Assembly (NCBI GenBank): GCA_904063045.1
Contig: CAJFCJ010000029.1
Span: 248,001 to 312,000, forward strand
Reading direction: 5' to 3'
Length of the DNA: 64,000 bases
Source of the DNA: Dimorphilus gyrociliatus
Taxonomy: Eukaryota; Animalia; Annelida
Part shown: positions 34,400 to 48,092 of the stretch, one piece after another
Numbering within the stretch: the first letter of the stretch is position 1
Layout of the letters: each line of letters starts with the position of its first letter
The notes under the pieces: model-generated
Told to the model about the DNA's origin: nothing
Database searches by the model: none
The model's input: the letters and a program-made list of their open reading frames with translations, nothing else
Translations under genes and position numbers: made by a program

Positions 34400-37300
34400 A
34401 TAATCGAACAGTTTTACAAGAAACACTAGCTTGGCAGTATTTTCTAGAAAAAATAAAGGAAAAATTAGACTATAAAAATATGTAATAAAAGAGAGAAGGG
34501 AATATTGGTTAAACGTTTTTTCAAGTCTTGTGCTAAAGTTAAAATTCTACCCGAAAAATATGAAGGTCTGTTTCATTAATGTAAATAACTTAAAGTGGAA
34601 AAAATTCTTTTTCGCACTTACTGTGCAATTCTTGTAAGTTTTTTTTGTATCAGTCTGTTTTCCAATTGATTTCGTAGAAATTTCAAATGTTGTGTGCCAC
34701 AAAAAAAAATACGTTGTAAAAATGCAGTTAAAACGAGCTTCAGAGGACTTCTTTTAATGCATACAGAATATACACGATATATGGTGTATATATTAGATAT
34801 TTAAAAAGTATAAATATTTTGAACTAATGAAATATACTATCGCATATTAATAACAACATATAAGGTAAAAACTGAATGGTATAAAAATAAATATATTCAT
34901 AAACCTTTATAAATACTTGCGTAGAGTGTTTTTTTTTAATACAAATACATGGGTAAAGAAGTAAATTGTTCTTTGATTATTAATTCTTTTTCTTTTTTTT
35001 TTTACCTATAAAGGGTGTGTAAAAAGGAGAGCATAACCATATACTTACACAGGAAATGCTACTTTTTTTATAGAGTAAAGTAGTTGCTATTAGTTCTTTG
35101 ATCAAAAAGAGACGCTGATAAAAGAACAGGATAAGCTCTCTTTTGAATTGTTTAATTGTTTGATTTTTTACCCTCTTTTCTCGTAAAGTCTCAACACTTG
35201 GTTAAATTAATATATATTTATACAAATTAGACATTTTCTATTTATCTTGATATTTATGAGAGTTTTTATTTTTATTTATTGTTTATTAGCGCTAATGCCA
35301 TTATCAAATATGAATGTTACAATGTATAGCATTTAGCTCGAGCGAAGGGTGTTCATACGTAGAGTTAAGCATCCATAGTGTTCGTTTCATGTATAAATAT
35401 TTGTTCATCAATTAAATTGTTATACGCTTTGACAACAAAACAAGCGTAAACTTGTTAAGCTGGGCATAAATACTTAAATAATTAAGAAATCCTATTGAAA
35501 CTATACAAGACTGCAATCATTCAGTGCGCTTGAATCTTTGAATATTGTATGACGGACACGATTCTGTTTAACAAAAAAATCCAAATTGTTTGTATATATA
35601 TATATATATTTATGGTGGGTGAACAGCTGCGTACGGTCGTTTTGTGTACATAGTCTCACGCACACTTTTTTGTGCGCCAATAATTTCTTGTTACGTCATC
35701 AAAAGTACACGCGACGCCCGTCATGGCCCATCTGTTCCGCTCCCAACTCGTTACTTTTTTATACGCACTATTACTATTTTAGGTCCTCACGATCTTTAGA
35801 AAATATTTGTAAAGCGTGCTTTCCTTCGTTACTTCCTCATCCACTGCTAATTATATCCCGCTGCATTTATACATAAGGACTCCGTGTCTACATTATGAAC
35901 GCGTCATGAGATCATGAAAAGTCATGCAATGACGTTTGCGTGCGTGCAGTTTTCATCAGCGTCATTTCTCCCTTGTTCTACGTATAATAATATTACATTT
36001 CGGTCAGAAACACGATCGGGCTTTTTTAGTGAATGGCTGCATTTAAAAGGGTAGGTCGAAGGGGTCGGCGAGTCCGCTCACAGCATTCCAGCATCGCTGT
36101 TACTTTCGCCAACAAACAATGACGACCAAAGTGACAGGCAGTGAAAAACTCCATTCGCGTAAAAGTGGATTAGAAGCGTTGAATAATTCAAATTGTTTAG
36201 CGAGCACCAACGTCACACCGAATTTGCCAACACCCTCTTGCCTTTAATCTCGTTTAGACCCCCCGTAGTAGTGACGTCAGAATGCCAATACACTTTGCTT
36301 GCTCTTATCTTCTTTGTAAATCGACTCTCGACGCCGCGGCGTTTCTCTAAGAAAAAATAGCAAAGTGTAATAATATTTGCTGTGACACATTAGCACGCCA
36401 CCTCGGGGCGATTTCTTTTTCCCTGCTACTTATAAGGGACGTCTTTTTCTTAAGTCTCCTTATGCATACGAGCCTATTCTCTAGCGATAACCGATTGCAA
36501 ACTGTATATAAACGACGTTTTGCATGACAATATGTTATTGTGCATTTGCAGTCAACAATTTGCGCGCGCATAATAGATACAAATGAGCGTAAATGGGCTG
36601 CGAAAATCTCGCGCTTATCCAATTAGAACCGGTGGCTCCTTCTGGTGACGCAAAAATTGTTTAGCGTGCTGAGTAATTCGATTAGCCATATCCATTTTGA
36701 TCGGAGGCCGCATTGATGGCGGAAATGAGGCCTTTTTGCGGTCGAACTCGGTGTCGTATTTGTAAATAACTCGGTCCAGATTCTTACAAGAAATTAAGCT
36801 AAGCGCATGCGCAGAATATAAATACGGCCTTAAAATTACCGTAATAACGCAGTGATTATAGAGTCTGGCGCCCTCCTATCTTGACGATCTGCCGCGCCAA
36901 TGACTGCGCTCAATAGTCGCGCAGCTGCCGTCTAATTGAGTGGCAAAACATTCGCAAATGTTTAGAGAAAAGCATTGAAAACTCGCGGCAATTAGCTGCC
37001 CTACTGACACGCTCCAATTGTCAACTTTTTTGTCACGCAACCGCAAGAAATGATGCAATTTCTTATAATGTTTGTATGGTTTTTAAAAAAGTTCAAGAGC
37101 AGTGAGCTATGGAAAAAAAACGCTTTACCGTTGCCTCCCAAGGACAAAAAACTGTTTTTTAAGTTGTCATTTACCCAATGTCCCTCCTACTTATCACGAG
37201 CTACTTTTTTCAAGATTGGTATGCTACGAATTGCTCAGATAAAGGTATTTATAGAGGGAAAGTTATGAGGTTGAAATTCCCAAAGGGCGTCAGCCACACT

Positions 37301-39318
37301 TAACGAAAATATTGTATGGCAGACGACATTTTCCATAAAACGTATCCGCTTAGAGAACGTCAACTTATCAACAGTTATTAAGCTTATTTCGATTTACCCT
37401 TAACACTGCATGCTTTTTGCAATATATGTTTGCAGTACTAACAAAAATGGCTAGAATTTGTAATTTGACACTGCATATGCAATATCTAAATAAGGATAAA
37501 AAGGCGATATATTCAACAATTAATCGTATTTGGTTCTCGTGATGCAAATCTCCCTAATATGCTATCTAATCACCCGAGCCGCTTATAATGAGCTGATATA
37601 AAGTAGATTATTCATGCTGACAAACTAAGCTTTGGTGTTTGTCAAAAACGTACATTGAATGGCTTTATTTCAATTTATAAATTTTTAAAGCTATCAATTG
37701 TTTTTCGCCTATTTAATAAACTATTAAAAAAAATATATCAACTTTTTTTTTACCTATTTCATATACAGGACACGTTTTTATTTTGCATTAGTAAAATTTT
37801 TTCAGGAATTATTCTCATTCTGTTTATTTGTATGCAACATAAATATGACAAAAAATTTGAATAATTTACTAAACATATTCAATCCTTTTTGACAACATGA
37901 TAAAACTCTAAAGTTATATTTATATGCTTAAAAATTTTCAATAAAGCCGAAGAAAGAGAAAACATAAAATTTTCATCATATTTCTAAAGGGAGAAATGCT
38001 ATAGTTTGTCCTTAAGGAGGGATCGTTAATTGTGCGAAAATTGTTTCTTAATATACTGTAAAGAAATATTATTAGTTTTTTTTTCTTTTTAAAAATAATA
38101 ATGAGGTATTGTGCAGATTGTGAAAAGATAAAATACAGCATATGTACAAGTATTTAAAAATTTCAGATATGCAGTAGAGTGTGCAGTATGTAGTATATAT
38201 ATATATAAATAATCATACAGATTTCATCTTACTTTATATAGAGACACATGTTAAAGAAGAGTATTGAGTGAAGCGAACCGTTATATAAGTCACAGGTGTT
38301 CCTGCAACAAACGATATTTGTAAGGCACCGCATTACGATAATTGACAGCGAAAAGATAATTAATGTAATTAATCACCGTCTCAATCATCGTCGTATAAGT
38401 ACAAGTAAACCGGAACTGTCAAATTTCGTAACTAATGTAAATAAACGCTTTGAATCTTATATCATCACTCCAGTATAAACTATTTTATTCGCATAAAAGA
38501 AAAACCAACGATATAAATGGAATAAAAACGTTTTTTTTTATATAGAAAAAGGAATTTTTTATTCATTCGAACTAAACTTTGCTGTTGGCCGAAATATTAC
38601 GGAGCAAACATTTAGATCACGCGATTATGGTACGTATTTCTCCTACTTAATAGTTAATATTTGCACACTAGAGGGAAGCACAATCTTTATTGTCTTTGTT
38701 TCAATTCTTAATTTAACGCATTTTTAATTTTACCAAAATAACGAGTGATTACGAATTTAGTAATTTTCAATTAGGGCTACTATCTTTAGACTTATTTCTA
38801 AATAGAGAATTTGGTTGTCTTCGTTTCTTGCTTGTTACGAAAGAGATGAGAGGTGAATGAGGAAGAGTGTTAAGTTTTAAGTATATTTGTATTAACGTGT
38901 TTAAACAGCTTTTTATCCCTATATGTAGAAATTATAATATATTATGGAGAGATAAGGCTTAAATATAAACTAGACCTGCGAAATTTAACCTAATCTACTC
39001 TAATCTGAGTAGAAATTGGCCTAGACGTGCAATTTTATATTGCTACATAGTTGTCTCTGATTCCATATAAATTTATTACAATGTAACAATGGCTACGAAT
39101 CTTCAAAGATTAGGACTTATACATTGAATTTTGTAACGCATTTCCTTCAATTCCTTTACAAGATTGTAATCGATTTGAATACAATTTCTTTGTTAATGCA
39201 AAAATTGAGATAGTTGCCTCCTGGCCTTTAGCATTATTTAAATAGTACCAACTGCTTCTGTTTAGAGTCTATTTTGTATAAAATTCTATACAAGATTTAA
39301 TTGAAAAGAGATCCTCTA

Positions 39319-41231
39319 ATGGGTAAGTTAAACATAATAATTATGTTCTTGTAAGCGACATTGTTCGTCTATTATTTAATCATTAATTATCATTCAAATA
39401 AAAAAAGCTAGTGATGAGGAGAATGCCACTGAGATAAATACCGTAAATATGGATTTGAGGGCAAGTGAACTCAATTCTTATCCTTCATTAAAATGCTCCT
39501 GCCATGCATTAGAATCAAAATATGATAACAAAACTGCAAGGAATCAACTAATAATTGTATCCATTTTATGCACAATATTTATGATTGGAGAGATTATAGG
39601 TATTAGTTAATTTATTATATATTAATCAACTACTCTACTAACAATCGTTCAGAGTTCAATAAGACAATTATTAACTATTCACAATTTTTCCGAAAGTTCC
39701 ATCTTTCAACAATCGATAAACATTTTTCTTTGCTTGTTAGGAGGAATAACAGCCAACAGTTTGGCTTTAATGTCAGATGCCCTTCACCTTGGGAGTGATT
39801 TGGCCGGTTTTCTCGTTAGCCTTTTCGCTCTATGGTTGGCCAAACGTCCGCCGAGTGCAACATTAACTTATGGGTATTATAGGGCAGGTAGAGACATTTA
39901 ATATTATAGTAAGAATTAGTATTTTAATTTTAAAACCATTAAACTACTTTATATTTCTTTAATAATTTATTAATTTGTTTTAAATCAACAGAAGTTGTTG
40001 GCGCTTTAATAAGTGTGCTAATTATATGGTTAATTACTGGGATCTTAATTTATGAAGGTGTACAAAGAATTATAAATCGAAATTACGAACTAAAACCACT
40101 ATGGATGCTAATTACGGCAATAGTTGGTGTCATTTTTAATTTAGTGTAGGTAAGTATAATAAACTCTTTATCTACTCTATTATGTTTGTATTTTAGCATG
40201 GGAACAGTATTACATTGCGGAATAGAGAGATGCAAAATTCCACATGGTCACTCCCATGGATCCGATACGGAAGTAATTATCGAAAACGATGTTCTTTCGT
40301 CGAACAATAATAACCATGATAATAATAATAGTGAAAACGAAAATCAAGAGCCTATAATCGTAGAGAATTCAAAAAAAAAGAACATTAATGTTAATGCAGC
40401 TTTAATTCATGTCATTGGAGATTTTGTACAGAGCTGTGGAGTCTTGATTGCATCTATTATTATTTTACTTAGGGTAAGTTTTTACTTTCTTCCCGTTACT
40501 GTATATTATATATTTAACCGTGTATTTCATATTTTGACTTAATTTCACTATGTTAACGTCTAACGAGTAATTATTTTAATAACTTTTCCCCTAATAAGAA
40601 CAATATATTAACAATGACATTGCGTAATAGGATTAATTGCCTATCGTAAAGAATTGTGTAATTTAATAATAAGGGAAAAAAGCAAAAAAAGAAAACTTTC
40701 CTTTGTCAATGAGATTTTCTCGAATATTTTATTTAATAAAACGAAATAAAAATAGGTCATCCTTGTCGAAAGACTTAATAATTTGTTTTATATTTGCAGC
40801 CAGAATATAAAATAGCCGACCCTATTTGCACGTTCATCTTTAGTATTATCGTCCTATTTACAACTATTACAGTTTTAAAGGATATTATCGTTGTATTTAT
40901 GGAAGGTTAGATGAGCTGATTAATGAAATATGATAGTTTAAATTTAACAATTTAATCCTATACAGGCTCACCTAACCGTAATCGAATTATTTTAATGGAA
41001 CGAGACCTTCGTTCTAATTCATCAGTTTTGTCTGTACATGATTTACATATATGGGCTTTAACTACAACAAGATTAGTCGCATCTGTGCACCTTGTTGTCG
41101 GATCAGAGCAGGATTATGTTTCTGTAGAGAAATTTGCCACTAAACTCTTGAAAGAGAAATACGGAATGTCTAAGACTACTGTTCAAATTGATGTTTTCAA
41201 TAGCGAATGTGATGTTTGCAGGACTCTATAG
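39319..41231 (+). CDS. SLC30/ZnT cation-diffusion-facilitator zinc transporter (ZnT2/3/8-like)
   Basis: join(39319..39322,39408..39599,39741..39887,39992..40145,40197..40473,40800..40905,40966..41231); the 4-nt first exon is uncertain. SLALMSDALHLGSD (TM2 H/D), His loop HGHSHG, NVNAALIHVIGD (TM5 H/D), PEYKIADPICTF, C-terminal VHDLHIWALT..ASVHL. Confidence 0.95.
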
Positions 41232-43777
41232 CCTATAATTTTAAAGTTAATTAATTAGAATATATGAATGAATATTTAATACTTTTTTAATTACATAGTA
41301 AAGAACGAGTTTTTCCTAAATGTCTTTTCTTCACCGAATATACGAGATAATTAAAATCTAAGCTTCTTTAAAGTAGAATCAAATTTCCTTGGAAAAAAAA
41401 ACTCTTTAAGTATAAACTGTGGTTCTTTATAGGTTCAATCCGATATCAAGACTGATAAATAGGCCTAGCAAAATGTTAATTGCGTGTTTGAAAATTGATA
41501 TTTGTTATTTTAGAAAGAAATATTTTAGTTGATTATTATCATAACATTTTATTTCATGTTGAACAACTCTTTCCAACACAAAGTTAACTCTGTTTCTTGT
41601 CCATGGCACATTACAAGAAAAAGGCCTTGACCTTAATTGATTATTAGACTGATAAAGTGTAACCTTTGTATGTAAAAAAGCTAATTTTTTTTTCATTTTG
41701 TCTTAGTTAGTTTTCACCCCATCTGGTGCTAAGTATCAAAGCTCACCTTTCGACACCTATTTAATCATAAGATGTTGCTCTTCCGTTCACTAATATATAC
41801 GGAGGTAGAATACTTAACATTTTCATCTATTTACCTATAGGACTTGACGCACTTGCAAATGAGTTTGTAGGATACTTGTTCACCTATACAACAATAGCTA
41901 ATAATGTTTTTGACAATCTTGCCATTATTTATTACTAGTATTACAACAAATTTATGAAAAATTTAAAGTGCATCTAAAGTTATTTAATTATTATTATATT
42001 CTTAATATCATATGTTATGCATAATACGATAGATATCAATAATAATCTAATAAAAAATTCGCCAGAGAATAAGGGAAAAAATTGATCAACTTATTCCTTC
42101 TCTCTTTATAGTTTTCTCATTCTTTCCTTTCATCCTGTCCAGTGTTTTTCTTTATAAGACCGCTGACCATAATAAGTGTGACGTAACTATTATTTTAGTA
42201 AAAGTTTATATTTATATTTAGAATCTATAAATAATTAATAAGCGATTATATTTTATTTATTAAATATACACAATGGAATAATCATGTTTCTATTTTTATT
42301 GTTTCAAATACCTATTTATAAATCAAACAAATATTATTTCTATGTATACTGTATATCAAGTATAAAAAGAATATTGAAAAAAATTGACACTATGGATAGC
42401 AGCTGCTTAATTAAGTCGTACACAATTATCTCTTCCTGCTTCTGATATTGATGTCACCACATTAAAAACTGTTTTATCAAATTAATTTGTATAATAGGAA
42501 ATAGAGCGTTTCAAAACCCTTCACTCACTCTCTTTCTCTCTTTCTCTCTATTTACGCTTTCATTTTCTCTTTCTTCACCTTATTCTAGGTAAAATTTTGT
42601 ATATTTCTATCAATTCTAGCGTCTTTTTCTTATAGGCTCCCTATTTGGACAATTATTCAGTCTTGACCTCTTATCTTTTTCTTTCGGAGCAATAGCCGAA
42701 ACTGTATAAATACATATGGCGTGTTTTCTCATTTAAATCAGAATAGCTTTAAAGAATGACTTGGTAAGTTTTTATCTAATCAACTGGTGTTTTAATGCCT
42801 TTAAGCAATAATTTATGATAGAAACTTAATATTTTTCTGCCTTATTTGAAGATAACATATCGTGTTATACAATATATACTGTATACGGTATGTTTATTTT
42901 TAGTGTATTAGGTATACTTATATACTGTTTGTATACATTATACAAGACAAGTAAGTGTTCAGTGAATATTATATAGAACTGGAAGAGACATCTATTGAGT
43001 AGCAATGTTTACTTTATCGCGTTAGATGGAGCCACGTGTTGATCTCAAGAAAAGATGCAATTTTTATTTTATATGTAATAAAATCGAGGAAATTTAATGA
43101 CAGGATTTGCGATGGGAATATTGATAATTTCCTCTCTTTTTATTAATAAATAAATCGATGGTTAATAGACGCTTATGGCGTAAACAAGTTATATATGTTA
43201 AATATTATATATCATAAACAATGAAGTATTGAAGTATCACTAATCTTTATAAATATAGCTGAAATTTAGCTTGTCTGTCGGAAAGTATATTAAAAGTGCA
43301 TCTTATAGGAAATAGAGTTTGGAATACTGTATATTACAGTATATGCTATATATAACAAGAAAAACAATAAGCTTTTTAGCGAGCGTCTAAGGGTAAAAGT
43401 AAAAATTACTGTTATTTGATATTGAACGATAGTTTTTTACAAACTGTAAAAATGTCAATTTTTACTTTTATGAAAAGACGATCACTTTTTCCAATAGATT
43501 TGATTCAACTTGAGAAGATTAACTATAGATTGACTTGCTCTCATTGGTAGAATTGCAATTTGTTTGTTATTATTATAATTATTAGACTTCCAAGTAAATC
43601 GTTAAATTTAATTGAATGAGTCAGAGAGAAATATTAATTTAAATAAATATAAATAATTTAGAAGTTTATCAATAATAATTTTCTATAGCTTACCTTTTAC
43701 ATTGTGTCTTTTGCATAATTTTCCTTTCAGTTTATCATTACCAACCAGCCCCTACGCCATATTGAATAAAGTCTATC

Positions 43778-43785
43778 TATATATA

Positions 43786-43825
<40 letters not shown>
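43778..43825. repeat. (TA)n microsatellite
   Basis: TA run with one interruption. Confidence 0.9.
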
Positions 43826-43827
<2 letters not shown>

Positions 43828-46630
43828 ATAAATATATAAGAAGAGAATATTGATTGTAATGATCCCTATTTATAAAATGTATATTTAATTTGGAATCTTT
43901 CCAAAAAATAGAAAGGATACAGAAAAAAGAGCAGAAATGCAGAAACCTATGCTAGAAGTTAATTAATTCCAGGTAACCTATATAAATTGATTATTGATAC
44001 CAACTAGTTTCATTACATCCTGTCTCATCATTTAAATTAACCGTACAAGAAAATATAATTTCATTTAATGTTTGACAAACCCGCCAGATGTCGTATTTAT
44101 CCTTTGGGTGAAGTTCCGACATAGTTTATTGGCATTTTAAAAGTCCTCGTAAACTCTCGTTAAATTATTTACAAAGTCTTTGTTTTATTAAAGAAAGTTG
44201 TAAATCTTACTTCCTTAACAGTATATATAATAAAAGAAGCCCTTCAGCGTCCTGTATCATGTTGTTTCTTCTAGAAGATAAAAATGATTACAGGCCTAAT
44301 TAGAGCCTCACCCAAAGTTGAAAAGAAATTACACGGCAGTCAACCTTTGCATAGAGTGTACAAGAACATAAAGACGGCTTCACAAATTACTGATTGCTGC
44401 TGTATAGCACATTCGAATGAAATCAATTCCCTCTTTTCTATCAATTCTGTGATAGTGTTATTGTATTTACATACCATAAATCTCATCGGTTTTTCTTTCA
44501 AATTTATCATATATTTCCAGTCTGTTTTACGCTTGAACTGATGAAAAAGCATGTTTATTTTACACTGAATGAAAACTATACTTTTAACAGATGATAAAAT
44601 CTGTAGGCTAATGAGAATTCCTTCAATCTTCGACAAAAACTGTGTAATTTTTATGCATTTTAAATTTAATCAACTTTTTTCTTCTTTCTAATAAAAGCAA
44701 AATCTTATTTTCTTTTCTTTTTCTCTATCTTTCTTTCTCTCAGTGTACAGGATGTGTTTTACAAAAGAGTATACTGTACTGTGAAATAAACATCAGCCAA
44801 CAGAAGACAGCAGGAAAATTTTATTGCTTTATTATACTTGTTCATTACTAAAGGAATACTATTTAATAAGGAGTAACAAATAACTTGATTAGAATTAGTC
44901 GAATAGTACTATTGATAGGATTTTAATTAAGATTAATATGCGAGAGATATGTTGGGCTCTTTCAATATCAAACAAATGAAGAGATTCATTAAAAAGCAAG
45001 ATAAAGTAATGCATTATCAAAATCTTTTTCAAATATGCTCGTATAGTTTCATAAAATAGCTCGGAAGAGCTCGTTTCTTACAGATGAAAAGGATTTTTTT
45101 AGTCTTCTCATTGCTTTAGTCGTTTTACTGTATCCCTCTAACAACGGTAGAGTATTACACAGCTGCAATCACAGTTGATTTATTACGTATTATAGTAAAA
45201 CAATAATCATTTATAGCAAAGTAATACAAGTATTCACAAGGTTTACATTAACTTGAAATATACAAGTAGCAGTTTTTATCGTTTGTATAGTCTCACTCTC
45301 TCAATCTCATTCTGCCCCCACCCTCGCCTCCCTTTCACGTTTTTAAGATAGCAGCTGAAACTGATCGAATTTTTTTCCTACACAAACGTGTGCTCTAAAT
45401 TGTTTACATATTTCTAAGAATCAACTTCTCAAGAAGTGGTATTATTTCATAATTTTTACTTTGTAAAGACTTTTTTGGCCAATAATTTCCAATTAAATAT
45501 TTATCTTTTTCTTCAATTTAAATAGAGCTTACAGTTGCAAGTCGTAACAAAGCTTAAATAATTAGCTTTAATGCCATGCTTTAATGGTAATACCATAAAA
45601 GAGGTAAAATAATTAGACTACATCGCACAAGTTCCACATCGTCTAATTACGTCTACACTACTCGTTTTTGTGAAAAAGGACTTTTGTTTAGGTTTATTTG
45701 ACCTTCTCTCCACCGAAAAAAAAAGGAAATGTTGACAGAAAATATTGGATTTGAACGACATCTAGTGATTTAATGGGCGTAGAGTTGTTTCTCGAGCTGA
45801 CATTTTTAAATACAAAGGTTACTCTTACTGGCAAACATAATTTTTTCTTCTATGATAGTTAACATTCAAAGAAAAGCGCATATAAATTAAACGTTCCTCT
45901 TAGTCTGTCTAAAATCGTTTTAGAATATTTACTTCTCCCTCAACTTCTTCATCTTTATCTTCATCTATTTCCCTCTTTAGTAAGCAGTCTGTAACATTCC
46001 CGACAAACTGAACTGTAAAAAAATGCATTGTAGACCAGAAGATGGCGCTATTTCGTCCCTCAACAATCAAGTTGTTCCAAATTTTACCAAGCTGATGATT
46101 AACCGATAATAAATATTGATTATAAAGTTATCGGTGCATAAAATTTTATGCAAGGGATTCTATCCTAATCGAAACTTTGTTACTTCACATAAAGAATGGG
46201 AATTGGGTTATAAAAAGTTTAAAATCAAAAAAAGGGAAACAAAATGCTTCACCTTTTCACCGCTCTCCCTCCCTTTGAAAGAAATTTTAGATATTCTTAT
46301 TCGAAGGTGAAAACGTAAGTTGAGTGATTATACTGTAGAGAATGATAGACTGGTTATTAAAAACATCTGTATAATGCGTATGGAACTGGTTTTTGATGAA
46401 TATAATGAGTATTAATATGTTAAAAGAATATCAAACATTCAGTAGGATGTAAATTTGATGCGATAGAAAGCATTGTATATTTTTTTAAAACTGCAAAATA
46501 ACTTCTTTATCTATATTTTACTTGGACTGAAGAGGTCGAATAGTTTAATTTGCGATCTTTCCACTTTTTTCTCTGATAGTAAAGCGTGTTGTTGTTAGAG
46601 CTGGGGAGGGAAGGAGCTAGCCAAGTAAAT

Positions 46631-46631
<1 letters not shown>

Positions 46632-46682
<51 letters not shown>

Positions 46683-46972
46683 CAGAAACAGACAGAAACG
46701 GACAGAGAGAGACAGACAGAGAAAGGGACAGAAACAGACAGAAACGGACAGGGAGAGACAGACATAGAAAGAGGGAGAAAGAGAGAGAAAGAGATAGACA
46801 AACAGGCAGAGAGAGAGAGAAAGAGAAACTGATAAAGTGAGTAGGAGAAGAGAGATAGATAGTAGATATGTATACTGTATACTGTATATATATATATTAG
46901 TATATACTGTATATATATATATATATATATATATAGTATATATATATATATATATATATAGTATATATAGAT
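46632..46972. repeat. (GA)n, GACAGAAAC-type purine-rich minisatellite, then an interrupted (TA)n
   Basis: About 24 AG units, a duplicated gggacagaaacagacagaaacggacag unit, then TA-rich repeats at about 46870-46972. Confidence 0.9.
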
Positions 46973-48092
46973 ATGCGTGTGCTTATGTGTGTCTAGAAAA
47001 GCCTATAGTTTTGTTTCTGTCAATGATTTATATACTTTGCTTTATAGAATAGACATTTTCTTGTTTGAAGTATAAATTTTATATATAAAAGAGCATACAG
47101 TAGTGAATATTATTTGAAATACGTGTATTAAATAAAACGGTTCTTCTTCTGTATATCTACATGATTAACATTTAGCAATTCCTTCCAACATTTAGACACT
47201 ATTTACCACAACAATTTACAATAAACACTATTTTACACCACTTTTACATTTACATCCCAACGTTCATTTACATTTAATGTATATATACTTAGTATACCTG
47301 TATATTTACGCATACTTATAATAATTTAAACAATATTATCAGTACGCATTTAGTACATTAACATAGATACAATTGGTAGCATTGATCACTTACTGAGAGA
47401 ATACACAATAAGTTTGATTATTTCAATTTTGACTGATATATAATTGCGCATGTAATGTTGTATACATATACATATATATGTAGTATATTTGTTATATGTA
47501 CATAGTACTATTATGTATAGACACATATAGTATATTGTATATATATTTAACAGACAGTGAACATCAATGTAGGCATATTTATATACATTAATTTTTCTTC
47601 ATGAATACCGAAAAGTGATTTTAAAATTATTCGATATGTTTATATTGTCAGAATATTCTTTCATGACAACTGATGGCGTGAGGGTATTTTGTCCCGGTTT
47701 TATATTTTGATTCTATTTCTTAGTTTGCAGATGCTTAAGAGCTTAACTGACATCTAGGTGTATTATATCTGTTTTCTTTTCGGCAGTAATTTAGATGCGG
47801 AAATATCGTTTTCAAGGATTTTGCACACGGACTACAAAATACTAATTGAATAAACAGTAATTATATCAGGAGAACTGAGGGGAAAGGGCGGAAAAATTCA
47901 ATAGGTATCAGCCTATGAATAAATATATATTTCCTTTCATATTTATGAGTCAAGATAATTGCCTGTTTAGACTAAAAGAAAGTGTTAAAGGGGTTAACTA
48001 AAAGCAAAGTTTAGTAGATCATTTATGTATGGGATGTGAACAAAAATTTGTTCAGGCGTGAACTCTTATAAAGCTAATTAAATGACGGTTAT

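Noticed and set aside
35905-35930. TGAGATCATG, sharing the bantam miRNA seed
   Set aside because: Diverges after the seed, and there is no suitable precursor hairpin with it on the 3p arm.
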